Virus record (IMG/VR): IMGVR_UViG_3300042482_000702
Location: 186,001-250,000 of that record
DNA: 64,000 bases
Strand: one strand, 5' to 3'
Shown in pieces: positions 16,040 to 25,559 of the stretch (positions are counted from its first letter, which is position 1; every line of letters starts with the position of its first letter). Under the pieces are notes generated by a model that had not been told where the DNA came from, did no database searches, and was given only the letters and a program-made list of their open reading frames with translations. The position numbers and the translations under genes are program-made.

Positions 16040-18220
16040 TTAAAATGTTACTGTCCAGCCTTTATTTGTTGCAATTGTTTTTGTGCAACCTGCTACTCCT
16101 GTGCAACCTGTTATATTAATTGTTTTTGTTGTTACTGTTGTTAAGTCTGTGAATAACTGATTCAACGCTGCTATATCTAAATCACAATAAGAAACATTTA
16201 TTTGTGGTGATGTTCCTGTCCATTGTCCTGCTCCTGTATTTAAAAGTCTTAGACTATTTAGTCTACTGAAGTTTGTTGCACTGGTACCGTTAATTGCTAA
16301 TAACGAGAATGGACAACTAAAACTTAGTGATGGTAGTCGGTTGGCTTGAGTAATAACACCAGCTGATACTAGAGGTGTAGCTGTTAAACTACCTAATTTA
16401 TTTAGATTATTTATTGTAGTTAGGTTACTGCATTGAGCAAATATAGAGGTTAATGTAGTTAGTGCTGATGTTTGAGTTGTTGGTAATGTTAATGTCTGTA
16501 AATTAACACATTGTACAAATGCTGATGCAAAGGTTGTTAAGGATGCAGAAACTGTTGCCGGCATTGTTATGGAAGTTAGTGACCAACAACCATTAAAGGT
16601 ATTAAGAAAAGTTGTACAACCATTCATACTAGTTGGCATTGTAACTGAGGATAGAGATTCACAAGTATTAAAACAGTTAGCTGCAGTAGTTACCAAATTC
16701 ATTGTTGATGGAAAAGCTACACTAGTAAGTAGTAAACAATTCTGGAATGTTGTTGATAATGATGTTGCTGCTGTCATGCTGGTAGGCATCGTTATAGATT
16801 CTAATTTGTTACATCCCAAACACATAGACGCCATTGAGGTAATACTGTTTTGAGTATTATTTGGAAGAGCTATTGTTTTTAAATTAATACAATTTTGAAA
16901 AGCAGTACTTAAACTGGTTATTGTCCATCCAGACGGTATTGTTATTGAAGGTAATACATAACAGCTATCAAACATTCCGGCCATTCCAATAGTTGCTCCA
17001 ACTGTTGTTGGTAGGGTAACAGATGTTAGTAGATAACATCCACTAAAACAACTAGTAGCGACAGTCAAATTCGCCATCCCTGATTGAAAAACAACTCTTG
17101 TTAGTGACTCGCATCCAAGAAAGCAACTAGATAATGCTGAAGCATTAAAGTTTGTTGGAAAAGTTATAGTCTTTAAATTAACAACACCATTAAATGTTGA
17201 GGTTAGGTTATATACGGCATTACTTGAGCAGGTTGATGGTAGATATACGTTCTGTAAACTAGTACATGACGGGTTAAATGCTGTGGTAAGGTTTACTGCT
17301 GTTGCGGGGCTGGCTGGTGATGGTAGTGATGTAAATTTAACCCACTGTAGTGAGCGACAAGAACCAAACGCACTCTCTAAACTTACTACTAAATTAATAC
17401 TAGGTAAGGTAATATTTTTTAAACTAGCACAGTTTTGAAATGCTGTTAGTAGGGTTGTACAACTATTTAATGTTGTTGGGAATAATACTGTTCTAAGATT
17501 TATACAACCATTAAATGTAAGAGTTAAGTTAGTTATGGTAGTAGCATTTGATGGCAGTACTATATCTCGTAGATTAGTACAACTATTACACATGCTTGTT
17601 AAATTAGTTAATGAATCGGCAGATGTTGGCATCACAATTTTATATAAACTACCACAGTTCATAAACATAGCTACCATTTGAGTTGTCCAAGCAACTGAAG
17701 AAGGTAGTTTTACATATTCCAATAATTCAAAAGTGGAAACTGAAGTTGTACCACCAGCAGAAGAAAAATAAGTACCGGTTAATTCTGTTGTATTACAAGT
17801 GTTATCCCCAAAATACGCCTCTAACAATCCAACATTATAATAAATAGCACCTCCGGTAACCGTAAAATTAGACAAATGTTTGGCGTTAGTTATGACACAG
17901 GTTGCGTCACCATATATTCTTATTTTAAATGTGTTATACCCTCTATAACAAGGAGTACCTCCTGTTGAATAGACGTGTTCAGTTGTTGTAGAGGTAATAG
18001 TTGATATTGTATCTACGGTACCATCTCCCCAATCAATATAAATATTTCCTGAAGTTCTTGTAAATGTGGTTTGAATTGCAAATGCCTTCGCACTTGTATC
18101 GGCAACTAAAAACTGAACCTCATTTGCGGTGTCAGTAATTGTTATCCAGTCAGAAGGTCTTACCCAATCAGATGGTGTTGCAATTGGCGCTATTGAATTT
18201 ATTGGTACATTAAAAGCCAT
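16040..18220 (-). CDS. BspA-like leucine-rich-repeat protein with PKD-like N-terminus (putative receptor-binding protein)
   Basis: Many F..C..L..(I/V).(L/M)P repeats; IDWGDG; C-terminal IATNKGWTV cap. Confidence 0.8.
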   Translation of the reverse strand: MAFNVPINSIAPIATPSDWVRPSDWITITDTANEVQFLVADTSAKAFAIQTTFTRTSGNIYIDWGDGTVDTISTITSTTTEHVYSTGGTPCYRGYNTFKIRIYGDATCVITNAKHLSNFTVTGGAIYYNVGLLEAYFGDNTCNTTELTGTYFSSAGGTTSVSTFELLEYVKLPSSVAWTTQMVAMFMNCGSLYKIVMPTSADSLTNLTSMCNSCTNLRDIVLPSNATTITNLTLTFNGCINLRTVLFPTTLNSCTTLLTAFQNCASLKNITLPSINLVVSLESAFGSCRSLQWVKFTSLPSPASPATAVNLTTAFNPSCTSLQNVYLPSTCSSNAVYNLTSTFNGVVNLKTITFPTNFNASALSSCFLGCESLTRVVFQSGMANLTVATSCFSGCYLLTSVTLPTTVGATIGMAGMFDSCYVLPSITIPSGWTITSLSTAFQNCINLKTIALPNNTQNSITSMASMCLGCNKLESITMPTSMTAATSLSTTFQNCLLLTSVAFPSTMNLVTTAANCFNTCESLSSVTMPTSMNGCTTFLNTFNGCWSLTSITMPATVSASLTTFASAFVQCVNLQTLTLPTTQTSALTTLTSIFAQCSNLTTINNLNKLGSLTATPLVSAGVITQANRLPSLSFSCPFSLLAINGTSATNFSRLNSLRLLNTGAGQWTGTSPQINVSYCDLDIAALNQLFTDLTTVTTKTINITGCTGVAGCTKTIATNKGWTVTF

Positions 18221-18224
18221 TTAA

Positions 18225-21200
18225 TTATGTTGTTTGTGTTATTATAATATCTACCGTCATATTTGCGTCAGGTGGAAATTGAGAGTAAAATGTTGCGACT
18301 CCTGAAGCAACACCTACATAAGGTAATACTTGTGCGTTATACGCTGTTAGATAACTTGCATTTTGTGGTGTGACAGATACATCACAATTTGCGGTAATAT
18401 TTACATTACTGAATGAGTATGTGTAATATCCTGACACTAATGTCCACGATGATGCGGTTAATGTTTGACCTGTAAGTTTAATTGGTGTTGAACCTCCACC
18501 ACCTGAACTTGTTCCACTAGTACCTGACATTCCTGATGTTCCCGCAATACCATTTTCTCCTGATGTCCCTGATGAACCACTAACCCCTATTCCACTTGTT
18601 CCACTAGAACCTGCGGCTCCTGATGTTCCTGAAGAACCGCTATTACCAGTACTACCAGATGTTGTTACTAATAAACCATTTGCTCCAACACAGATTGAAC
18701 ATCCCGATGAACCAGTGAAACTACAAACAGATAAGTCATTAACAAATGTTGTACACGCTCTATTCGCTGTTATATTACTACCTATGATGTTAGAATGAGG
18801 AAAGGAAGATGATATTGTGTTTAATTGACCACCAAGGATTGATGAATAAGAACTAGAAACAGAATTACAACAACCACCACCGACTGTTGACAAAGGGCTA
18901 AAAGTTTTATTACCTTTACCACCAGCAATTGTTGAACAATTTCCACAACTAGCGTTACCATAACCACCACCAATAAATGATGTTGTCCCCGATGCAATGT
19001 TACTTATACCACCAACAACAACAGACGCACATCCAAAAGCTGTGTTACCAATATAAGTCAAAGGGTCCCAAAATCCACCACCAACGAATGAATAGTAACC
19101 TAAAGCACAATTACCTTTACCACCACCAATTGTTGAGGAACGACCACAAGCCCTATTACTCCTACCACCCGCAATTGTTGAGTAGTAACCGTTGGCATGA
19201 TTAGCATCACCCCCTCCAACTGTTGATATATACTTAGCACAATTATTAGAACCACCAGCGATTGTTGCAGTTGAACACGTAGTATAATTACCCTGACCAC
19301 CACCAATGGTTGAGATACTACCGCTACAAATATTATTACTATAACCACCACCAATTGTTGTATAAGCACCTGAACCTGTCTTATTACGACAACCACCACC
19401 AATAGTTTGATTAAGATAAGAGGTAACATTATAGGCACCACCACCAATGGTTGAACAATGTCCCGTTGCAGAGTTTTTAAATCCACCACCAACTGTTGAG
19501 GTATTTCCTGAAGAAATATTAAAATGACCACCACCGATGGTTGTATGAACTCCACCGACAGTGTTACAACGACCTCCACCAATGGTTGTAAAACCAACAT
19601 AAGGAGTTGAGGTATTACAATAACCTCCTCCTATTGTATTACCACCAGTATTTAAACTAACCCCTCCATATACGTTTGTATTAATAGTATTTTTATTTCC
19701 ACCGTTAATAACATCACCTATTCTTGGAGATGTATTATTATAGTTTTGTGATGGAAATATTCTGTTACAACAACCACCACCGATAAATGATGTTGTTCCT
19801 GACGATACATTATTTTGACCTCCAACAACTGTCGAAAAATTACATGATGCAGTATTTCCACTACCCGCTAATGCGGCTGAAAAACACGATGATGCTGTAT
19901 TATTAACACCACATCTAATAGTCGAATTAACACCTGTTCCGGTAATGATTATACTATCACCACCTCCACCACCAGAAGCAACAGGAATTAATAAACCATT
20001 TGCTCCAACACAGATTGAACATCCAGATGACCCAGTAAAACTACAAACAGATAAGTCATTAACAAATGTTGTACAAGTTCTATTTGCGGTTATATTACTA
20101 CCTATGATGTTAGAATGAGGAAAGGAAGATGATATTGTGTTTAATTGACCACCAAGGATTGATGAAAAATTACCACAAACAACATTACGAAAACCACCAT
20201 TAATGGTATTACATCCATATTCAGGAAATATATTGTTACAATAACCACCATTAATGGTATTACCACCAACAATATTATATGCACCACTATTTGAGTGGAT
20301 AGTATTACAACCACCTCCTCCAATAATATTTGGTATAATACTATAAAGATTACCGTTAGTGGTAAAATTACAAATAGTGTTACAACATCCACCACCAATT
20401 GTTGAGTTATCAGCAATAGCTCTATTTAATACACCACCGCCAATTGTAATATTACATCCAACAACTGTTCCGGTACAAGATGTGTTTGTAAAAGTGAGTG
20501 TTTGTCCGGCAGTAAAATAAGTGTTTGTTGGGATTTTTGTAAGTCCCGATGAATAGTTTACACCATACGTACAAGATATAACCGCAACACAATTAACCCA
20601 TTTATTTGTTTGGTTGTAAACCATTAATGTTGTTGAGTAAGGGGTAAATTGACTAACAAGATTACCTGAAACATATATATATGCACCATTAACACAAACG
20701 GAGTTAAATCTTGGTGTGTTTGAAATAAAATTCATTACTCCACCACCAATAGTTGACACAGGACCTTTTGATATATTACCTTGACCACCACCAATAACTG
20801 AACAACCATTAAATATGATATTATCACCTCCTCCTCCAATTGTTGAGGTATTACCAGACGAGATATTACTAATACCTCCACCAACTGTTGAACAATTACC
20901 TGTTGCGCGGTTACTTATACCACCACCAATAAATGATGTTGTTCCTGATGCAACATTACCTAGTCCACCAACAACAGCAGACGCAAATCCGAAAGCTGTG
21001 TTACTAATATAAGTTGTACCCTCTCTACATCCACCACCAACGAATGAATAGTCACCTAAAGCACAGTTATACCACCCACCACCAATTGTTGAAGATTTCC
21101 CACATGCTTTATTACTTCTACCACCACCAATTGTTGAGTAGAAACCTTTGGCACAATTATTACCACCACCTCCAACTGTTGATATATATGTAGCGCAATT

Positions 21201-23795
21201 ACCCACACCACCACCAATTGTTGCTTGACTATAATTAACTCTATTACCTTGACCACCACCAATTGTTGGATAATTACCACTATAAATATTATTATCTGAA
21301 CCACCACCAATAGTTCCTCCAATACTCGCACCCATTTTATTTTGAACACCACCACCAATAGTTTGATTACAATAAGAGGTAACATTATAGGCACCACCAC
21401 CAATGGTTGAACACGCTCCCATTGCAGAGTTTCTAAATCCACCACCAATGGTTGATAATCTACCAGAGTTAAAACAATCAATTGTTTCGGTTAAATAACC
21501 TGTATACATATCAAATGTCCCACCTGATGAGTTATGTCCAATACCTCCTCCAATTGTTACACCTAATGAACTACATTCGTCAGTTGGTGATTGAATTGTA
21601 TTTCTTTGTCCACCACCTATTATTGAGAATCTAGCGTTTGTCGTGTTTCCACTACCACCTAATGCTGCTGAAAAATTTGCCGAAGCAATATTACCAACAC
21701 CACATCTCATAGTTGAATTAACTCCTGTTCCTGTAATGATTATACTATCACCACCTATTGGACTTGTTCCACTTGTTCCTGCTGAACCTGTTTCACCACT
21801 AGTTCCTGAAGAACCACTCTCACCACTTGTTCCTGATGTTCCGTTATCACCACTTGTTCCGCTAGAACCTGTTTCACCACTTGTTCCTGCTGAACCTGTT
21901 TCACCACTAGTTCCTGAAGAACCACTCTCACCACTTGTTCCTGATGTTCCGTTATCACCACTTGTTCCGCTAGAACCTGTTTCACCACTTGTTCCTGAAG
22001 AACCACTAGAACCTGATGTTCCGTTATCACCACTTGTTCCTGAAGAACCACTAGTCCCACTTTCACCTGATGTTCCCGAAGAACCACTTGTTCCGGATGT
22101 TCCATTAGCTCCACTTGTTCCACTAGAACCTGACGAGCCATAAACAGCTCCAAGAGTTGTTATTACATAAGAATAATTGGTTGTACCTTCCGTATACCAC
22201 GTAACATCACGATTCCCATTTGATTGGTCAACTACATAAATTTTAACAATCATTCTATCAGTTGGAAGAATAGTAAATGATGTTGGTATAACTAAATCAA
22301 CATATACTTCAACAGGTAAAATAGAACCAATCCAACCAATTTCTATTTGATTTGTTGAGAGGGGTGTTCCTGAATATGGTGTTCCAGTACTATCGGCTAG
22401 TTCTATTGTGCAGAATGTGTCTGTTAAAAATGATTGTCCACTTTTTAAGAAATGTAAATGGAATCTCTGTACTCCTGGTGGAATAACGGTAACACCTAAC
22501 CCTGATGAATCAGTTATAAAAGTGTCGACTAACACAGGTGTTAACCCTGTTGTTGTTCTCGTTACTGTTTGAGTAGTTGCTGTTGTTGCTGATGAACTAA
22601 TCTGTTTATACGATAACGGTGTTTGTGTTACGGATTCATTAAAATAAAATATTTGTCCTGATGAAATACCGTTTTCTCCTGATGAACCACTTGTCCCGCT
22701 AGAACCACTTGTCCCGCTAGAACCTGAAGAACCTGATGTTCCTGAAGAACCCGAAGTTCCGTCAATACCGCTAGTACCTGAAGTTCCGTCAATACCGCTA
22801 GTCCCTGAAGAACCAGAAGTTCCGTCAATACCGCTAGTGCCTGATGTTCCGTCAATACCGCTAGTTCCACTTGACCCTGAAGTTCCGTCAATACCGCTTG
22901 TCCCCGAAGTTCCTGAAGTTCCGTCAATACCGCTAGTCCCTGAAGAACCAGATGTTCCGTCAATACCGCTAGTTCCTGAAGAACCAGATGTTCCTGAAGA
23001 ACCTGAAGTTCCGTCAATACCGCTAGTTCCACTTGACCCTGAAGTTCCGTCAATACCGCTAGTTCCACTTGACCCTGAAGAGCCGCTAGAGCCTGACGAA
23101 CCTGATGTACCATCAATTCCGCTAGTACCCGATGTACCATCAATCCCGGTGGTATCAATAGATACGGTTGCACCGTCATTTCTATATAAATCTAAAGTAG
23201 ATGTTGCGGAAAAATAAGTTCCTCCCGTAACATATATATCTTGTATTGCTGTTGCAAATTTTCTCCATCTAGCATTAATTCGTGTGACACCATCAACATC
23301 TTCAATCGTTGACCCTGTCCAAGTATTAATAAATAATTGACCTTCTAAAGAATTATTTTTAACTGTTGTCCCAAAATCTGATATAACGACAGTATCACCC
23401 CCAGGTCCTGACGCGCCTAAAGCGTCAGACCATAATGTGTTATAATTATCTATTGAAAATTGATATACTTGGTCTGTTTCATATACATAAACCAACATAC
23501 CCAATCGTCTTCTACCTGATGAAATATTGTCAGAATTTAAAGTTATAGTGTCAAATGAGAATGAACTATTAATCCCTTTATAAAATTGGATAGGAATAGT
23601 ATTACCCGAAAATTCAATATCACCGGTATCTCCAAAAGGTATGGTATAAATTAAATCATTTAAGGTGTAAACCTCCATAAAACCCCCCGTATTTAAAACG
23701 CTAAATGTTGTTCCAAATGTGCTAGTTCTTAATGAAGATTGACTCCCTAAAGCGATTATAGGTGATAATGGGTTTTTATAATTTAAATTAGACAT
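18225..23795 (-). CDS. Giant fibre protein (1856 aa) with Pro-free Gly-X-Y (GTS/GSS) tracts and a duplicated Cys-rich STIGGG beta-helix region
   Basis: Long (GTSGSS/GID/GET)n tracts; dozens of S(T/F)(I/V)GGG..N repeats; two copies of GGDSIIITGTGVNST.RCGV...CSICVGANGLL. Confidence 0.8.
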   Translation of the reverse strand: MSNLNYKNPLSPIIALGSQSSLRTSTFGTTFSVLNTGGFMEVYTLNDLIYTIPFGDTGDIEFSGNTIPIQFYKGINSSFSFDTITLNSDNISSGRRRLGMLVYVYETDQVYQFSIDNYNTLWSDALGASGPGGDTVVISDFGTTVKNNSLEGQLFINTWTGSTIEDVDGVTRINARWRKFATAIQDIYVTGGTYFSATSTLDLYRNDGATVSIDTTGIDGTSGTSGIDGTSGSSGSSGSSGSSGTSGIDGTSGSSGTSGIDGTSGSSGTSGSSGTSGIDGTSGSSGTSGIDGTSGTSGTSGIDGTSGSSGTSGIDGTSGTSGIDGTSGSSGTSGIDGTSGTSGIDGTSGSSGTSGSSGSSGTSGSSGTSGSSGENGISSGQIFYFNESVTQTPLSYKQISSSATTATTQTVTRTTTGLTPVLVDTFITDSSGLGVTVIPPGVQRFHLHFLKSGQSFLTDTFCTIELADSTGTPYSGTPLSTNQIEIGWIGSILPVEVYVDLVIPTSFTILPTDRMIVKIYVVDQSNGNRDVTWYTEGTTNYSYVITTLGAVYGSSGSSGTSGANGTSGTSGSSGTSGESGTSGSSGTSGDNGTSGSSGSSGTSGETGSSGTSGDNGTSGTSGESGSSGTSGETGSAGTSGETGSSGTSGDNGTSGTSGESGSSGTSGETGSAGTSGTSPIGGDSIIITGTGVNSTMRCGVGNIASANFSAALGGSGNTTNARFSIIGGGQRNTIQSPTDECSSLGVTIGGGIGHNSSGGTFDMYTGYLTETIDCFNSGRLSTIGGGFRNSAMGACSTIGGGAYNVTSYCNQTIGGGVQNKMGASIGGTIGGGSDNNIYSGNYPTIGGGQGNRVNYSQATIGGGVGNCATYISTVGGGGNNCAKGFYSTIGGGRSNKACGKSSTIGGGWYNCALGDYSFVGGGCREGTTYISNTAFGFASAVVGGLGNVASGTTSFIGGGISNRATGNCSTVGGGISNISSGNTSTIGGGGDNIIFNGCSVIGGGQGNISKGPVSTIGGGVMNFISNTPRFNSVCVNGAYIYVSGNLVSQFTPYSTTLMVYNQTNKWVNCVAVISCTYGVNYSSGLTKIPTNTYFTAGQTLTFTNTSCTGTVVGCNITIGGGVLNRAIADNSTIGGGCCNTICNFTTNGNLYSIIPNIIGGGGCNTIHSNSGAYNIVGGNTINGGYCNNIFPEYGCNTINGGFRNVVCGNFSSILGGQLNTISSSFPHSNIIGSNITANRTCTTFVNDLSVCSFTGSSGCSICVGANGLLIPVASGGGGGDSIIITGTGVNSTIRCGVNNTASSCFSAALAGSGNTASCNFSTVVGGQNNVSSGTTSFIGGGCCNRIFPSQNYNNTSPRIGDVINGGNKNTINTNVYGGVSLNTGGNTIGGGYCNTSTPYVGFTTIGGGRCNTVGGVHTTIGGGHFNISSGNTSTVGGGFKNSATGHCSTIGGGAYNVTSYLNQTIGGGCRNKTGSGAYTTIGGGYSNNICSGSISTIGGGQGNYTTCSTATIAGGSNNCAKYISTVGGGDANHANGYYSTIAGGRSNRACGRSSTIGGGKGNCALGYYSFVGGGFWDPLTYIGNTAFGCASVVVGGISNIASGTTSFIGGGYGNASCGNCSTIAGGKGNKTFSPLSTVGGGCCNSVSSSYSSILGGQLNTISSSFPHSNIIGSNITANRACTTFVNDLSVCSFTGSSGCSICVGANGLLVTTSGSTGNSGSSGTSGAAGSSGTSGIGVSGSSGTSGENGIAGTSGMSGTSGTSSGGGGSTPIKLTGQTLTASSWTLVSGYYTYSFSNVNITANCDVSVTPQNASYLTAYNAQVLPYVGVASGVATFYSQFPPDANMTVDIIITQTT
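18669..20166. repeat. ~178-bp near-identical direct repeat (18669-18846 and 19989-20166) ending each duplicated beta-helix module
   Basis: taataaaccatttgctccaacacagattgaacatcc...ccaccaaggattgatgaa at a 1320-bp offset. Confidence 0.85.
21760..22140. repeat. Gly-X-Y Ser/Thr coding repeat tract with a higher-order duplication
   Basis: GTSGESGSSGTSGETGSAGTSG units repeated. Confidence 0.85.
22670..23145. repeat. Gly-X-Y Ser/Thr coding repeat tract (GIDGTSGSSGTS)n
   Basis: ttccgtcaataccgct(a/t)gt core repeated about 9 times. Confidence 0.9.
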
Positions 23796-23812
23796 ATTTT
23801 GATAATTATTTG

Positions 23813-24832
23813 TTACGAAGAAACAGTATTTCCTCTGAAATAAATACTTTGATTATTGTTTAATGCGAAAATTCTGTTTGGAAAAGTGGTGTAAACTCTA
23901 TAAGTAACCGGCGGTATTGTTCCTCCACTATAAGTGAAAGTATAAGTGCTAATTGCACTTTCTGTACTCACCGTAACTAATGAATTAGGGTCACCATCAC
24001 TGTTAACATCAATAGCTGTTTGTCGTTCATTATTGGTTAACGATATTGGTATTATCCAAGTATACCAAGCCGATACAGGAATTGTATGTTCAAAAATTTC
24101 TGTTGTTAAGAAATTGTATCTAACAATTGGATTACCGAAAGTATCGAATCCGCCGCTTTGTTGTGGAACTGATTGTCTAATAACTGACGGGAATAAACCG
24201 CTAGTCCAACCACTAAAATCAACATAACGATTCATATCAATGTTGAATTGTGTTTGGTCTTGGTTTGGCTGACTATTATTTGTGAATCCAAAGAAATTAG
24301 AACCACTATCATACATCCATTGACCAATTTCCGTTGCTCCCGATATTGGCTCAATAAATAAATGGGCATAATACATCGGTGTCGGAGTAGGTGTTGGTGT
24401 TTTAGTTGGAGTAGCACTCGGTGGATAACAAGGTGTTAACGATGGTGTTGGTGTTGGAGTATTTGTCGGAGTGTTTGTCGGAGTCTCTGTTGGTGTAGGT
24501 GTTTGAGATGGTCCCGGACAAGGGTCGTAAGTTGGTGTAACAGTTGGTGTTGCCGTAGGAGTCGGAGTTTGAGTTTTTGTGGTCGTAGGTGTTGGTGTAG
24601 GTGTAGGTGTTGGTCTTGGAACATTTAAAATGTTAGGGCAGTCACTATCCAATACTAATATAGTATAAGTTCCATATACATCTTTAGGGGGTGTTAATAA
24701 TCCAGGTGAGAATAAATACGGTAATTCTTGATTACCCAAATTAATGACTGTAAGTTCATTAAAAGGTTTAAATAAAATATTCGCAAATTCACCATCGTAA
24801 TTTATACTTTTTATAGTTATTGATTGTGACAT
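23813..24832 (-). CDS. Virion protein with Thr-Pro linker; N-terminal domain paralogous to 62311-62985
   Basis: I.S.NY.G...NI.F.P...I.LG...LPY...YG.Y.I domain followed by (TP)n. Confidence 0.6.
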   Translation of the reverse strand: MSQSITIKSINYDGEFANILFKPFNELTVINLGNQELPYLFSPGLLTPPKDVYGTYTILVLDSDCPNILNVPRPTPTPTPTPTTTKTQTPTPTATPTVTPTYDPCPGPSQTPTPTETPTNTPTNTPTPTPSLTPCYPPSATPTKTPTPTPTPMYYAHLFIEPISGATEIGQWMYDSGSNFFGFTNNSQPNQDQTQFNIDMNRYVDFSGWTSGLFPSVIRQSVPQQSGGFDTFGNPIVRYNFLTTEIFEHTIPVSAWYTWIIPISLTNNERQTAIDVNSDGDPNSLVTVSTESAISTYTFTYSGGTIPPVTYRVYTTFPNRIFALNNNQSIYFRGNTVSS

Positions 24833-24842
24833 TTATAGTGTT

Positions 24843-25421
24843 TTACGAAATAATGGTACATGTTATTGCAACTGATGGCGTTGTTGGTCTCTCATATGGA
24901 GACATTATTTCATCAACAAATTTTAAATACATAGTATCGTCTGATGATGCAAATACAAATTCAACATATTGACCAGCGGTTAAAACGAAGGAATAAGGTA
25001 TATAGGGTAATTGTTCATTATTATTATTTAATAATACAAGTTCACCTGTGGTTCCAGGAACATTAACACCATCTACTCTAGCCCAAAAATAAGCCGTTTG
25101 ATTTCCAGGTGTTAAGGTTGTTTTATCTAACTGAAAAGACACACCAAACAAGTATGTCCCATCCTGCGATACTGTAAATTTCGAACCATCGACCACAGTT
25201 ATACCGACTTCAATATCGGTATAATCAACTGTAACAACAGTTGGTGTATTTGACCCCGACACAATTTGATTAACATTGGATGTCCATGAACCATTTGACC
25301 TTGATAAAATTTGAGAGTAGTTAATATGGTAAGTTACACCACTTAATTCCACTGGAGCAACCATATTTGGGTTTAAAACCGATAATAATGGTAATTCGCT
25401 AATTGTTTTTCCTGTTAACAT
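24843..25421 (-). CDS. Putative fibre-tip/trimeric jelly-roll (C1q/BclA C-terminal-like) protein with ISELP N-terminus
   Basis: KTISELP start; FTV..DGTYLF.VSFQL...W.RV.G..VPG...L.AGQYVE pattern. Confidence 0.5.
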   Translation of the reverse strand: MLTGKTISELPLLSVLNPNMVAPVELSGVTYHINYSQILSRSNGSWTSNVNQIVSGSNTPTVVTVDYTDIEVGITVVDGSKFTVSQDGTYLFGVSFQLDKTTLTPGNQTAYFWARVDGVNVPGTTGELVLLNNNNEQLPYIPYSFVLTAGQYVEFVFASSDDTMYLKFVDEIMSPYERPTTPSVAITCTIIS

Positions 25422-25431
25422 AATTTTGTTT

Positions 25432-25443
25432 TATTTATAAATA
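25432..25443 (-). promoter_or_regulatory. TATTTATAAATA palindromic putative late promoter
   Basis: Palindrome 10 nt upstream of the ATG at 25421. Confidence 0.55.
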
Positions 25444-25559
25444 TTGTTTATTTTTAATTAAATTTTAAATACTTCATATTTCATACTGAAATATATTTAT
25501 ACACTGGTTGGTGTAGGTGTTGGAGTTGTTGTATTTGTTGGTGTCACTGTCGGTGTTGG

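Noticed and set aside
22670-23145. CRISPR-like array (repeated ttccgtcaataccgctagt)
   Set aside because: Intervening sequences are themselves repeats, lengths are multiples of 9, and all lies in-frame in a Gly-X-Y coding tract; no cas genes
18977-23217. Alternative-frame and antisense ORFs (Val/Leu-rich or PLVP-rich) over the giant fibre gene
   Set aside because: By-products of repetitive codon use in the real gene; similar shadow ORFs elsewhere (e.g. 54703, 55216, 62392) were dropped for the same reason
25494-25501. Canonical T4-sense TATAAATA as the general late promoter
   Set aside because: It occurs here and within palindromic sites, but most non-palindromic sites have only TATTTAT on the coding strand
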